From a virus: DNA of 64,000 bases. Every line of letters starts with the position of its first letter. Position 1 is the first letter of the stretch. The stretch is from the IMG/VR virus record IMGVR_UViG_3300028920_000044, positions 32,001 through 96,000 of that record. One strand, 5' to 3'. Under the pieces are notes generated by a model. The model made no database searches and was not told where the DNA came from. It saw only the letters and a program-made list of their open reading frames with translations. This document shows positions 31,501-40,731 of the stretch, piece by piece. The translations under genes and the position numbers were made by a program.

Positions 31501-32408
31501 GCGAGTTTTACTTCAGATGGCTCCATATCTGCTGATGCATTATCTTCAATAGCATTTAATTTATTTCTATAGTACTCGGTAAAATCATTCGTTGATTGAA
31601 GAGTAGCACTCAATAGTTGGGTAGTTGGATTCATATTTAAACGATCCCCAACTTTTATTCCTCCAATCTCAGTTGGTGAAGCAACAGGCAATGCAACGGA
31701 AGGTCCTTCATTTGTTAATTGTATAAAGACTGATCCATCGTTTGAGTATTCCCATACATTAAGCGCTTCATTATATCTGAATACTGCATTATTTTCTATT
31801 CCTCTTTCAACTTCAATCCCCACATGGGAGGAAGGAGTACCAACATAATCTTTATTTAAAACAAAGACATCATTTATTGTTCCATTTATATCTGCTTTAC
31901 TATCTAATAAATTATCTAATGCACCTTCACTAGCTCTACCATCTAATTCTTCTCTAAGCCCTTCAATGGCTTCAATAGGATGGGAGTCAGGATGATTTCT
32001 ATCTTCAATATCGACATGAGAATAGCTTGTTGACCCCCATAAATTCCTTAAATCAAACACTTTGTCGCCAGTTATCTTTGTATCACCCGCTTGTAAATAC
32101 ACGGCTGCGAGAGGAAATGCTTTCCTTTCTAGTACCGGTAATTCTGGATTGGTACTCGGTTCCCCCTCAATTAATAAAGCAGCACCGGTATAATGTAAAC
32201 ATACTATTGTCCATTTCGCTCCCATTGTAGGCGCTGTGAATCCAGGCGATCTACCACCAACGAATTCGACCCATTGTTTGTTACTGAGCCAAAATCCTCC
32301 TTCACTTATTTGAACAAACATATCCGGTTCAGATGAGGGCATAACCTTTAAAGAAGAAAAGAATGCACCTGTTCTTCTATATTTGTCACCATACGGAGGT
32401 AAATGCAT
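28584..32408 (-). CDS. Long tail fibre/spike with repeat modules and a C-terminal beta-helix-like domain
   Basis: Repeats EIKxAYExNxxTNxFxDxEKxKLxGxExxA and IAT..LGGVKVG; DGSLGRPFKTLTAAI..VAPGSYTE typical of beta-helix starts. Confidence 0.8.
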   Translation of the reverse strand: MHLPPYGDKYRRTGAFFSSLKVMPSSEPDMFVQISEGGFWLSNKQWVEFVGGRSPGFTAPTMGAKWTIVCLHYTGAALLIEGEPSTNPELPVLERKAFPLAAVYLQAGDTKITGDKVFDLRNLWGSTSYSHVDIEDRNHPDSHPIEAIEGLREELDGRASEGALDNLLDSKADINGTINDVFVLNKDYVGTPSSHVGIEVERGIENNAVFRYNEALNVWEYSNDGSVFIQLTNEGPSVALPVASPTEIGGIKVGDRLNMNPTTQLLSATLQSTNDFTEYYRNKLNAIEDNASADMEPSEVKLAYEINVDTNAFTDADRTKLDGVEDGATAGDMTPVDIKTSYESNINTNVFTDLEKVKLGGLEDGATDDMTDVEIKTAYENNADTNEFNDAEKAKLGTVETNANAYVHPTTHTSVMIVQDLDHRFVSDAEKSSWNSKAATADYWSKTELIATGGASDRIDWTHIQNVPSFGSADWLSPVANIAARDAIAGPQAGQCVLVQDDGDGKSAQYAYNGSQWSKIADVDWSPMTDLQVKTAYEANANTNEFSDAEKTKLGGVESGANAYSLPIATDSVLGGVKVGTGLDVDGGGILSLNYAFDDIAHGDRGGGNLHNLVSGSEAGFISVSDKAKLNTIAINSNNYVLPVATAVTLGGVKAGRNTYMDGDEIAVETGGYGNKGVLSVKSGGNIDVDPEISEIDVYRGSDTRRGVLQVGDNLNVASGIVSVPHAQGSALGVVIAGANVNVDDGTGEISIPIASAATPGVSKVGTGLSINGSSELSVNWAVMPFSDSQHGTRGGGNLHSAATTVTGGFMSAADKLKLDGVETGASGDMSSVEIKAAYELNPDTNVFTNANLTKLSGIEDGATADMTGAEIKIAYESESETNALTDTLLTKLNGIEDNAIAYVHPTTHPSSVIDHPITTTLKVDGNRVDSYTADGSLGRPFKTLTAAIGAVSGETLISVAPGSYTEDIVIEAGMHFVCDSPEKNSICTINGDVGYSTSNTSGGADGNVASFCGIDISGSGSVDATVKFYGTNPQRFNLINCEVNSAGLQPALHMNNTGAGSIVIAEDTNFNNTGAGMSATVDHGTLSQWKTQNNSQNNAISLQLNNAAVLDSFLAFFTGQIDFNGTSGGTAVHPVINASTNDAIVMNGGSLIVTVPFSLGTGVLVDPSSTGTVVNQTVAEASKINYIPTTSGDWTGSPIEVLSALDELAARPSGGVSWNYAATADSLPPSPVTGEMWFIGSLASRAGISIPVWYDGVDWVDGVGTFVDLGAGG

Positions 32409-32431
32409 ATTAATTCTCCTTAAATTCTGAT

Positions 32432-32617
32432 TTACGCTTTAAATTTTCTATTATCATCAGGGCTATCAGTATCAACAGGATTACTTTTAAACTTGTTAAC
32501 ACCACCCTTAATTAATTTTGCAAATCTGTCCCAAAGCGGTTGTGCCCATTTAGGTTGAGGAATGAAACACCATCCCAGCATGAGACCAACAAATAATACA
32601 AATGCTAATTCGATCAT
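32432..32617 (-). CDS. Small membrane protein
   Basis: N-terminal TM, GW..PQP.WA. Confidence 0.65.
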   Translation of the reverse strand: MIELAFVLFVGLMLGWCFIPQPKWAQPLWDRFAKLIKGGVNKFKSNPVDTDSPDDNRKFKA

Positions 32618-32626
32618 TATACTCTC

Positions 32627-33100
32627 CTACAATGCGTTCTTAATTATCTTCGGCAGATTTATCCACCAAGGTTTAAATCTTCTTGGATTATCATCATAAG
32701 AAAAATCTGATACTACTCCAATTCGATGCATACCTCTATTACCTATACCATATCCAGCATAATAACCTTTATTTCTATTTATGCTTGATACTACTTTCTT
32801 TATTTGCATCTCATCACTATCTGGCATACGAAAAATGAAATATGTAGGAACAGACTTTCCATCAGTGAATCCTTGGCAACTAGCCCTACCTTCAATTCCC
32901 TCTATATTGTCTAATTGATTCAATGCCGAAGTTGGAATAATTTTATCTACTTTAATTCCTTTCCAAACTGTTTTAGTATGTTCAGCACAATGTGGGAAAA
33001 TAAAAGGTGAATCACCTTTATGCAATATACTATATGCAAACATAGGCGCATTCGTTTTTTGATCATGTCTAAATTCAAATAAATAAGATATAGATATCAT
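32627..33100 (-). CDS. Tagged hypothetical protein (MISISYLFE)
   Basis: ORF track; N-terminal tag. Confidence 0.75.
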   Translation of the reverse strand: MISISYLFEFRHDQKTNAPMFAYSILHKGDSPFIFPHCAEHTKTVWKGIKVDKIIPTSALNQLDNIEGIEGRASCQGFTDGKSVPTYFIFRMPDSDEMQIKKVVSSINRNKGYYAGYGIGNRGMHRIGVVSDFSYDDNPRRFKPWWINLPKIIKNAL

Positions 33101-33112
33101 TATAACATCCTA

Positions 33113-33733
33113 TTAAGCACCATATTGATTTGGTACTTGTCGTCCCATTTGAGTCCTATTTTTTAGCCGATCTTCTTCTTGAGGTCCTCTTCTAAGCAAT
33201 CTATTGTCTTGATTCGTCACTCTAGGAACGTTTGCACTTCCAACACGAGGATCTGTTCCCATCGCTTTATACGCATCTGTTCGGCCAACACTTTCAGGTC
33301 TATTAGGTACAAATGGCACATTAGTTCTTGGAGCAACATTAGCCCCTGGTAAATTTTGGTTTCTTACTTCAGGAACATTAGATGGCGTACCAGATCCACT
33401 ATATCCTTGTCTATAACTACCTGCTGTTTCTTTAGCAGTGTCAACAACCTTTCTTGTACCTGCACCAACGGCAGTTGCTGTCTTTTGTAAAGCGGCATTC
33501 GGATCTTTAGCAGCATTTTTGATTGTTGTTATTGCTGGACTATCACCACGAATCATATTTCGGGCTTTCTCACCCAGTTTCTGACCCGTAGCCTCACCAG
33601 CAGCACCATATCCCATATCTTCACCACGTGAAGCAGCAAAGGCTAAAGCTCCACCACCTAAAGCAAGTTTACCCCAATTTCGTCTCAAAAACCCTTGCTC
33701 AGTTAACCTTATCATTTTATTCCTCTTTAACAT
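33113..33733 (-). CDS. Low-complexity protein with RR plus hydrophobic segment
   Basis: LRRNWGKLALGGGALAFAA; the true start may be MIRLTE. Confidence 0.7.
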   Translation of the reverse strand: MLKRNKMIRLTEQGFLRRNWGKLALGGGALAFAASRGEDMGYGAAGEATGQKLGEKARNMIRGDSPAITTIKNAAKDPNAALQKTATAVGAGTRKVVDTAKETAGSYRQGYSGSGTPSNVPEVRNQNLPGANVAPRTNVPFVPNRPESVGRTDAYKAMGTDPRVGSANVPRVTNQDNRLLRRGPQEEDRLKNRTQMGRQVPNQYGA

Positions 33734-33743
33734 ATAGTGTTAA

Positions 33744-33862
33744 TGAGCAATCAATAATCACAACCTGGAGAGGAGATTTGCACCTCCATGGGAGAGAATA
33801 TTTTTTTAACAATTCTTGAATAATCCAATCAAACAATTTACCCTAGGATTATTGATTGCTCA
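33744..33862. repeat. Perfect 16-bp inverted repeat enclosing 87 nt (structured RNA or MITE-like)
   Basis: TGAGCAATCAATAATC (33744-33759) / GATTATTGATTGCTCA (33847-33862). Confidence 0.75.
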
Positions 33863-33867
33863 AACCT

Positions 33868-34134
33868 TTAAATCCGAGTCTTTGTAATTCTGGATAAAGG
33901 AGTATTAACGTACTGATAAGCTACCTCAGGATTTGGAGGAGCAGCCTTAGGATCTATCTTTCCCTCTGTCTTTCCAGGTCCAGTTAACTTATTCTTCTTA
34001 ATCTCCTGGTCAATTTTATCTCCCATAGGAGAATCATCTTTATAAACCTTCATATCAGTTTGGACGCCTTGCTTCAGCATAACATCGCCAGTTTGTACAT
34101 CCTCCTCATATAAAGTACCGAGAATACTTAACAT
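33868..34134 (-). CDS. Small protein with tag variant (MLSILGTLYEE)
   Basis: ORF track; GAGGAGG RBS. Confidence 0.7.
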   Translation of the reverse strand: MLSILGTLYEEDVQTGDVMLKQGVQTDMKVYKDDSPMGDKIDQEIKKNKLTGPGKTEGKIDPKAAPPNPEVAYQYVNTPLSRITKTRI

Positions 34135-34136
34135 TG

Positions 34137-37100
34137 TTATTCCTCCTCATCTAATACTTTTCTAACTTGTTGAATTAATTCTCTCAATGTGTAAGGTTTA
34201 TTAATGAAGCTTTTTGCTCCAGAACCAATTGCGTCGTTAATAGGACCATTAGCAGAATATCCGCTAGCCACAATGATTTTAGCAGTAGGTTCTTCAATAA
34301 TAATTCTTTCTAATACTTCTGTTCCTCCTATATCAGGCATAATTAAATCTAGAATAACTAAATCAATTAATTCCTTATTATTATTATAAGTCTCCAACCC
34401 CGATATACCGTCACAAGCAGATAAGACTGTATAACCATACATTTCTAGAATCTTGGTCCCTACTTTCTTGATATCTTCTTCATCATCGATCATAAGGATA
34501 GTTTCTTTTCCACCTATAAGATCCTTAGTTAAATCTATGGATGTTTGTTTCATTTCTTCCCCATCACTAATAGGGATATACAATTTAAACTCTGTTCCTT
34601 CATTCAAATTACTATATACAGTTATATACCCACCATGACTTTGCATAATACCATACACAACGGCTAATCCTAAACCAGTTCCTTTACCTGGTTCTTTAGT
34701 AGTAAAGAAAGGTTCAAAAATTCGTTCTTGTACATCAAAACTCATTCCTTCACCAGAATCAACGATACATATTCTGATATAATTCCCTGGTGTAGCATCA
34801 GGATGTTTCTCACAGTAATATTCGTCTAATTCTACTACCTTCGTTGTGATCATTATATGGCCACCATGAGGCATAGCATCTTTGGCATTTATACATAGAT
34901 TCGTTATTACTTGATTTAATTGAGTAGGGTCTGCCAAACCAAGTGGTAAATCTTCTTGAAGTTTTAACTTAATTTTTATCATAACTGGACCAGTTGCTGC
35001 ACGATCGAGAAGCTTATGGGCTAATTTAATTTCTTCGTTAACATTAATAGATTGAAGTCTACTTTCTACTTGTCTACTAAATGTAAGCAATCGTTTAGCT
35101 AAATCTGCTCCTCGCATAGATGCAGTATACATCGCAGATAACTGGCTTTTGATATCTTCATGATCCTTCACCATAAGTAACTGTAAATTACCGCTTATGA
35201 TTTGAACAATGTTGTTAAAGTCATGAGCAACACCACCAGCTAATGTCCCAACGGCTTCCATTTTAGAAGCTCTGCGTAATTGTCTTTCTTTTTCTAATAA
35301 AGCTTCTTGGGCTTTCTTCATACCAGAAATATCTTTAATTATTGAAAGAATATGATCCTCGCCACCTATCTTAATTACACTTGAAGAAACTAAAGCAGAT
35401 TTTGAAACACCATCTTTTCCTCTCAACATGGCTTCCATACTATCAACATATCCTCGTTCTCCAAGACTTTCATAGAACTTATCTCTATCTTCTTGATCTG
35501 ACCACATCTCTAATTCGATTACATCTTTTCCTATAGCTTCTTCTCTAGTGTATCCTGATTCTTTTGTGAATCCTTGATTAACATCAACTATAATACCACT
35601 ATTAGCTTTAAGAAGGATTATTGGATCAGGACTTGTTGTAAATGCTAATCTAAATTTCTCTTCACTTTCTTCAAGAGATTTCGTCGCGTTATAGCTATAA
35701 GTAATATCTTCAAATGCAATAGCAATACGATCTCCAGGTAAACAAAATGCTTTTATTCTATAAACACCGTCAAGATGGTCAGAATGATATATATAACCTT
35801 CATTCTCATACGGACCATTCTTTAAAACGCAAGAATTATAAAGCGCATTCTTTAAATCTCCTCCACCTGGCCATATTTCGTCAAAAGATTTACCTTGATT
35901 ACTACCAATATCTATTCTTGTGATTAATTCAGCAGCAGGATTACCATCAATAAGTATCATTTCTAAGTTCTTGCATTCATAAATAAAAATACCCGATGGT
36001 ACCGTCTCAAATATTTGAGATGCTGTCTGTAATTCATATTCTGCTTTAACCCGTGAAGTAATATCTTGACCAAGTGAAATAACACCTACTAACTCACCTT
36101 TATCATTATGAAGAATTGTGTTATTCCATTCGCAAGTTATAACATCTCCGGATTTAGTAAGATTATCATTCACAATATGGATCGGTAATGTTTTATTTAA
36201 TAAACTTTCAACAACATCTAAAAGTTGTAAACGCTCATGCTTTGGAATTAAGAAATCAAAGATATTGTTCCCAATTACTTCTTCTTTCGACCATCCAAAG
36301 ATTTTTTCTGCATGATCATTCCATTCTTTTATGTGAGTGTGTTCATCCCAAAATATAATAGCGAGAGGAGCAGTCTCGAAAAGAGTTCTATATCGCTCTT
36401 CACTTTCTCGTATAAGATATTGTGATTGTTTACGACCTAACGCAATACCGATACTCGCTCCAAGTCCTTCAAAAAACTCAATCATATCCAGAGTAAACAT
36501 ATTCCTTCGACGATCATTTAATTGTAGTAACCCTATATTTATTCCTTCTGGAGAAACTAATGGAATAAGACCAACTGACATATATCCTTCTGCATTACAC
36601 CTGTTACGAGTTTTAAGTTTGACACCTGTCGGTACACCATCGTCTTTTAATAATTCAACTGTGTTATTTGTCCAGAAACTACCACCAATTGTAAAGTGGG
36701 GTAGGTTAGAATCTGTCTCTCCGCAAATAATCATACCACACATACAATCTAAACAAGCTGTACCGTCCGAATGCCTGATTACATTACCTACTTCGTCCCG
36801 TGAACATATATGGGTTTCTTTTTGAACAAAGTCTTCATCAAATCCTTCAGTTACATAATAAGGATATTCATCATTATCTTGTAATCTAATAGCAACAGCA
36901 TCTAACCTAGTAAACCTTTTAATAAGAGTTAAAATCTTCTTAATAGTTAATTCAGCTTCAAATTCAGAATTAAGAATATCTAAGACATTTGAAGATAACT
37001 CCTGTCTTTCCCGATAACGTACTACATCTGATATGTCAGAGACTATTCCCACAAATCCAATTACCTCATTGTTTTTATCTCGTTTATAATTCCAATCAAC

Positions 37101-39215
37101 TTGAACATCAAAAGTTCTTCCACCTTTAGTGATATTCTTACCTTGATAAGTCTTAGGATCTGGTTGATCTATTGGTAAACTTCTAAACATATCTTTAAGT
37201 TCGTCTTTATTTTTGTCGCCCACAAACTCCCATATGTAATGCCCTAATACTTCGTCTTTAGACATTCTCATCATTTTTATATAAGCGCTATTAACATAAA
37301 TAAGTTTACCATTAATATCTAATTCTTCAATACCGTATGGACTTGTTTCTACTAATACACGATATTTTTTCTCACTTTCAATCAAAGCTTTTTCCGCCAA
37401 CTTACGATCTGTTACATTAATAAGTATCCCATCTATAACATCGTGTTCTTCGTTATATCGGGCAGACACTTCAAGAGCAACATCCGATCCATCCTTTTTA
37501 GTTCCTTTAATAGGAAGATTATCGATTCTTTTTACTTCTCTTAAATGATCTATAACGTTATTAATCTGTGTTTGATCAGTATATTTCCCCCAACCGGTAA
37601 ATTTATCAAAGAGATCTGTAGAATCATCATATCCAAGCATTTTTATATGAGCAGGATTAGCTTCTATTGTTTTACCGGTGCTGATTTGTATTTGAAACAT
37701 ACCTACCATGGACGTTTCATATATAGTTCTGTATTTTCTTTCACTATCTTCAATAATTTTTCGTTGAGCTAATCTATTTGTTATATCTCTAGCAAATGCA
37801 ACTATATATTCAACTTTATCAAATACAACATAAGTAGCAGATATTTCGACAGGTATTTTACTACTATCTTCTCTTTTATGTGTATGTTCGAAAATCAACC
37901 AACCTTTAGTTCTCATTTGGATGAAATGTTCTTTCCATTCCTTCTTTCCAAAATCACTAAAATGAATATCCCATACATTCTTTTTCATCAATTGGTCTTT
38001 AGTATATCCTAATTGACTACATGCAGTTTGATTCACATATACAAATCTTCCATTTTTATTTAACCAAAAAGCAGCATCTTTCATAGCGTGTACAGCAAAT
38101 TTAGTGAATTTAAGAAGCTTCTCAACTTTTAATCGAGCAAGTCGTTGGGTAATAAAAGCAACAATAATAAAGAACTGTATTACTATTATTGTGATACTTG
38201 GCCAAAAATATTTCTTATATTTATCATAAAATGATATTGGAGCATTTATTATAACACTGTCAACTGGTAATCTTTGTAAGTCTATATTACGATTCATTAA
38301 AACATTATAATCAAACATTGGGGTGTTTGGACTTTTAATTACAACGGGAATTGAATTAATATCGATTCCTGATAACACTTTAACTGCCATGTTAGCAGCA
38401 ATCTCCCCCTGTTTAAATCCATTTATAACATATCCTCCAATTATCTCATTACTAACACCAACTTCAAAATCACAAACGGTATACATTGAAATATCAGGCC
38501 TTAATTTTTTAACCATGCTCGTTACTTGTCTTAATGATAATATCTTACCATCAATAGAATGACTAAATAGATATTTAATTATTGCAGATCTAACAGGCAA
38601 CGACAATATCCATTTTTTAATCCCATCAATTGTCCATGTATGGATCCATGAAACATAACCGTCGAGATCGGAATTATTATCAAATATATCCTTAATTACT
38701 GAGTTGTCCGGTAGTCGAGTATCAATAACTACACCAATATGAGTAACATCTGGTTGTAACTGGTTAATCACATATATAGTTTTTGTCAGATCAAATTCTT
38801 CCATAACTCCAGTTACGTCTTTTACTTCTACAATATTAAACAATGGATTAATACCACAAAAAATAATAGGAGTAGATATATCTACATATGCTTCCTCACG
38901 ATGATTTAATGCAAACTCTAATGCATTATTATCGGACACAATAATGAGATCAAATTTCTTGTTTTTATGTTTAATATCAACGACTTCATGAAGCAACGTT
39001 CTTATTTCATCATAATTATTTCTTTTTGTGTCTAAATATTCTATGTGTTCTATATGATGCTCATTGGCATCTAAAACACTATCAATACCCTCCTGAATCC
39101 TATCTGTCCAAGCAAATCCTTGATGGTAAGAGTGAATAATTAATATCTCACCAGCGTTTGCTGCCGAACATAAAAGGGCAAATGCGCACATTAGTAAGAT
39201 TGTTTTTAGCTTCAA
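34137..39215 (-). CDS. Hybrid sensor histidine kinase (periplasmic ABC-SBP-like domain, TM, 6 PAS, Cys-rich GAF, HisKA, HATPase, REC)
   Basis: Signal peptide; ILIIHSYHQGFAWT; H-box GVAHDFNN; NLCINAKDAM; DSGEGM; IFEPFFTTK; GKGTGLGL; REC IDDE/LDLIMP/ASG/KP. Confidence 0.95.
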   Translation of the reverse strand: MKLKTILLMCAFALLCSAANAGEILIIHSYHQGFAWTDRIQEGIDSVLDANEHHIEHIEYLDTKRNNYDEIRTLLHEVVDIKHKNKKFDLIIVSDNNALEFALNHREEAYVDISTPIIFCGINPLFNIVEVKDVTGVMEEFDLTKTIYVINQLQPDVTHIGVVIDTRLPDNSVIKDIFDNNSDLDGYVSWIHTWTIDGIKKWILSLPVRSAIIKYLFSHSIDGKILSLRQVTSMVKKLRPDISMYTVCDFEVGVSNEIIGGYVINGFKQGEIAANMAVKVLSGIDINSIPVVIKSPNTPMFDYNVLMNRNIDLQRLPVDSVIINAPISFYDKYKKYFWPSITIIVIQFFIIVAFITQRLARLKVEKLLKFTKFAVHAMKDAAFWLNKNGRFVYVNQTACSQLGYTKDQLMKKNVWDIHFSDFGKKEWKEHFIQMRTKGWLIFEHTHKREDSSKIPVEISATYVVFDKVEYIVAFARDITNRLAQRKIIEDSERKYRTIYETSMVGMFQIQISTGKTIEANPAHIKMLGYDDSTDLFDKFTGWGKYTDQTQINNVIDHLREVKRIDNLPIKGTKKDGSDVALEVSARYNEEHDVIDGILINVTDRKLAEKALIESEKKYRVLVETSPYGIEELDINGKLIYVNSAYIKMMRMSKDEVLGHYIWEFVGDKNKDELKDMFRSLPIDQPDPKTYQGKNITKGGRTFDVQVDWNYKRDKNNEVIGFVGIVSDISDVVRYRERQELSSNVLDILNSEFEAELTIKKILTLIKRFTRLDAVAIRLQDNDEYPYYVTEGFDEDFVQKETHICSRDEVGNVIRHSDGTACLDCMCGMIICGETDSNLPHFTIGGSFWTNNTVELLKDDGVPTGVKLKTRNRCNAEGYMSVGLIPLVSPEGINIGLLQLNDRRRNMFTLDMIEFFEGLGASIGIALGRKQSQYLIRESEERYRTLFETAPLAIIFWDEHTHIKEWNDHAEKIFGWSKEEVIGNNIFDFLIPKHERLQLLDVVESLLNKTLPIHIVNDNLTKSGDVITCEWNNTILHNDKGELVGVISLGQDITSRVKAEYELQTASQIFETVPSGIFIYECKNLEMILIDGNPAAELITRIDIGSNQGKSFDEIWPGGGDLKNALYNSCVLKNGPYENEGYIYHSDHLDGVYRIKAFCLPGDRIAIAFEDITYSYNATKSLEESEEKFRLAFTTSPDPIILLKANSGIIVDVNQGFTKESGYTREEAIGKDVIELEMWSDQEDRDKFYESLGERGYVDSMEAMLRGKDGVSKSALVSSSVIKIGGEDHILSIIKDISGMKKAQEALLEKERQLRRASKMEAVGTLAGGVAHDFNNIVQIISGNLQLLMVKDHEDIKSQLSAMYTASMRGADLAKRLLTFSRQVESRLQSINVNEEIKLAHKLLDRAATGPVMIKIKLKLQEDLPLGLADPTQLNQVITNLCINAKDAMPHGGHIMITTKVVELDEYYCEKHPDATPGNYIRICIVDSGEGMSFDVQERIFEPFFTTKEPGKGTGLGLAVVYGIMQSHGGYITVYSNLNEGTEFKLYIPISDGEEMKQTSIDLTKDLIGGKETILMIDDEEDIKKVGTKILEMYGYTVLSACDGISGLETYNNNKELIDLVILDLIMPDIGGTEVLERIIIEEPTAKIIVASGYSANGPINDAIGSGAKSFINKPYTLRELIQQVRKVLDEEE

Positions 39216-39228
39216 ATAACACCTCCGA

Positions 39229-39597
39229 TTATTCGTCGAGTACTTCTCTAACGACTGTTTCTAACTCTTTTATATCTACTGGTTTCTGAACTAATCTTTT
39301 TGCACCTAAACTCGAACCATCCTCATTAGATGAAGTAATATAACCACTTAAAACTATAACCTTCACTTCTGGATTTATCTGTGTTAGCAGCACAATAGCA
39401 TCTTCTCCTTCAATATCAGGTAAACGCAAATCCATAAGTATTAAATCGATGTTACTATAATTTTGTTCATAATATGATTTAGCAGATGTAAATTCATAAA
39501 AACAAACAGTTTTATAATTATACTTTCCTAACATCTGGGCCAATATATCACAAATAGGCTTTTCATCATCCAATATTAATATTGATTCTTTAGACAA
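39229..39597 (-). CDS. Single-domain response regulator (CheY/CpdR-like)
   Basis: LDDE, MDLRLP, LSG, QKP. Confidence 0.92.
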   Translation of the reverse strand: MSKESILILDDEKPICDILAQMLGKYNYKTVCFYEFTSAKSYYEQNYSNIDLILMDLRLPDIEGEDAIVLLTQINPEVKVIVLSGYITSSNEDGSSLGAKRLVQKPVDIKELETVVREVLDE

Positions 39598-39610
39598 ATC
39601 TAGATCCTCC

Positions 39611-40498
39611 TTAGAATAACGCTTCCAGTTTATCCTTTAATGTGAATCCTTTTAATGGATTTGGCGATCTAGGGATAGTTGGAATATCTGGTACTTTGGG
39701 TAATTTATCAAAGTTGGTAATCTCATCAGCAAGCTTATTTTCTAATTTTGTTTTTTCTTCTAACAGTGACCCCATGTTAGTCTTCATTTTAGGGGTAACT
39801 CCAGGTACACCAGCGAATGGACCTATCTCAAACTCAGGTTCGCCAGTGATTTTTAATCCAGCTTTCGCAAGTTCACCTTCTATATCTACTACTGTCGGTA
39901 ATTTACTTTGATCGACATTAGGACATCCTTGTAAACAATTAATCAGATTTAATATTTCATCAAGCAAATCTAAAGGAAGCATATCTTTTAACCAAGACAA
40001 AGCATCCATTAATGCTTTTTCGATAGGATCTAATATTGCATCAAGAGCTTTAGCAATCAATCCCAGAATAGCATCAAGTAATCTACTTGCTAAGTCTTTT
40101 ATACCAGATAGATCGATTCCGCCTTTTCCTGGAAACCCAAAGTCAAATCCGCCTCCCAAACAATCAGCAAGATTCTGTAATGTGACATCGGATCCTTCTA
40201 CTATTTCCCCATTTAATACCTTATCAATCATACCTTTAGCAGCATCTTTCATTCCATCCGATGCATTATTAGCACCATTTTTAGCATCATCAGGATCTGA
40301 CAAACCCAGATCACCTAATCCTGCAAGTTCAAGCAATTTTCTTTTAGCGTCTTCAAGAGCTCCACCTTTAGCTCTATCTAGAATGTTTTTTAACTGTCTT
40401 TGTTTTTGACCTAATATATCATTCGCAGTCCTACAAGCTCCTTCGCTTGTAAGTTGTGGAACACCACCTATTAATTCTAAGTCAGGCATAATATTCAC
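39611..40498 (-). CDS. Hypothetical protein near the gp5-like gene, probable baseplate component
   Basis: ORF track; context. Confidence 0.6.
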   Translation of the reverse strand: MNIMPDLELIGGVPQLTSEGACRTANDILGQKQRQLKNILDRAKGGALEDAKRKLLELAGLGDLGLSDPDDAKNGANNASDGMKDAAKGMIDKVLNGEIVEGSDVTLQNLADCLGGGFDFGFPGKGGIDLSGIKDLASRLLDAILGLIAKALDAILDPIEKALMDALSWLKDMLPLDLLDEILNLINCLQGCPNVDQSKLPTVVDIEGELAKAGLKITGEPEFEIGPFAGVPGVTPKMKTNMGSLLEEKTKLENKLADEITNFDKLPKVPDIPTIPRSPNPLKGFTLKDKLEALF

Positions 40499-40500
40499 CT

Positions 40501-40731
40501 TTAATCATCGTCATATCCCGGTTCACCAATGTTTTTGACTGTGTCTACATCATCCCCAAATTTAGCAATAGCGTCCATCTTTGCTTTTTTAGTTAGTTTC
40601 ATATGTATATCAATCATAGTTTTCAATGGGTCATCTGCTTTTTCAAGTACACTTGCTAAAGGAAGACGGTAAACTATCTTTTCAGGCTTTTTGCCTGAAT
40701 TAAATGTTATTTCGTAAACTATTTCATCCAT
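40501..40731 (-). CDS. Hypothetical protein
   Basis: ORF track; coupled to neighbours. Confidence 0.6.
   Translation of the reverse strand: MDEIVYEITFNSGKKPEKIVYRLPLASVLEKADDPLKTMIDIHMKLTKKAKMDAIAKFGDDVDTVKNIGEPGYDDD

Noticed and set aside
33760-33847. Functional tRNA gene
   Set aside because: No valid anticodon stem, imperfect T stem and no CCA; kept only as a structured element
34137-39597. Host chromosome segment or prophage boundary at the kinase
   Set aside because: Flanked on both sides by phage genes at 2-13 nt spacing with similar composition; no integrase or att site seen
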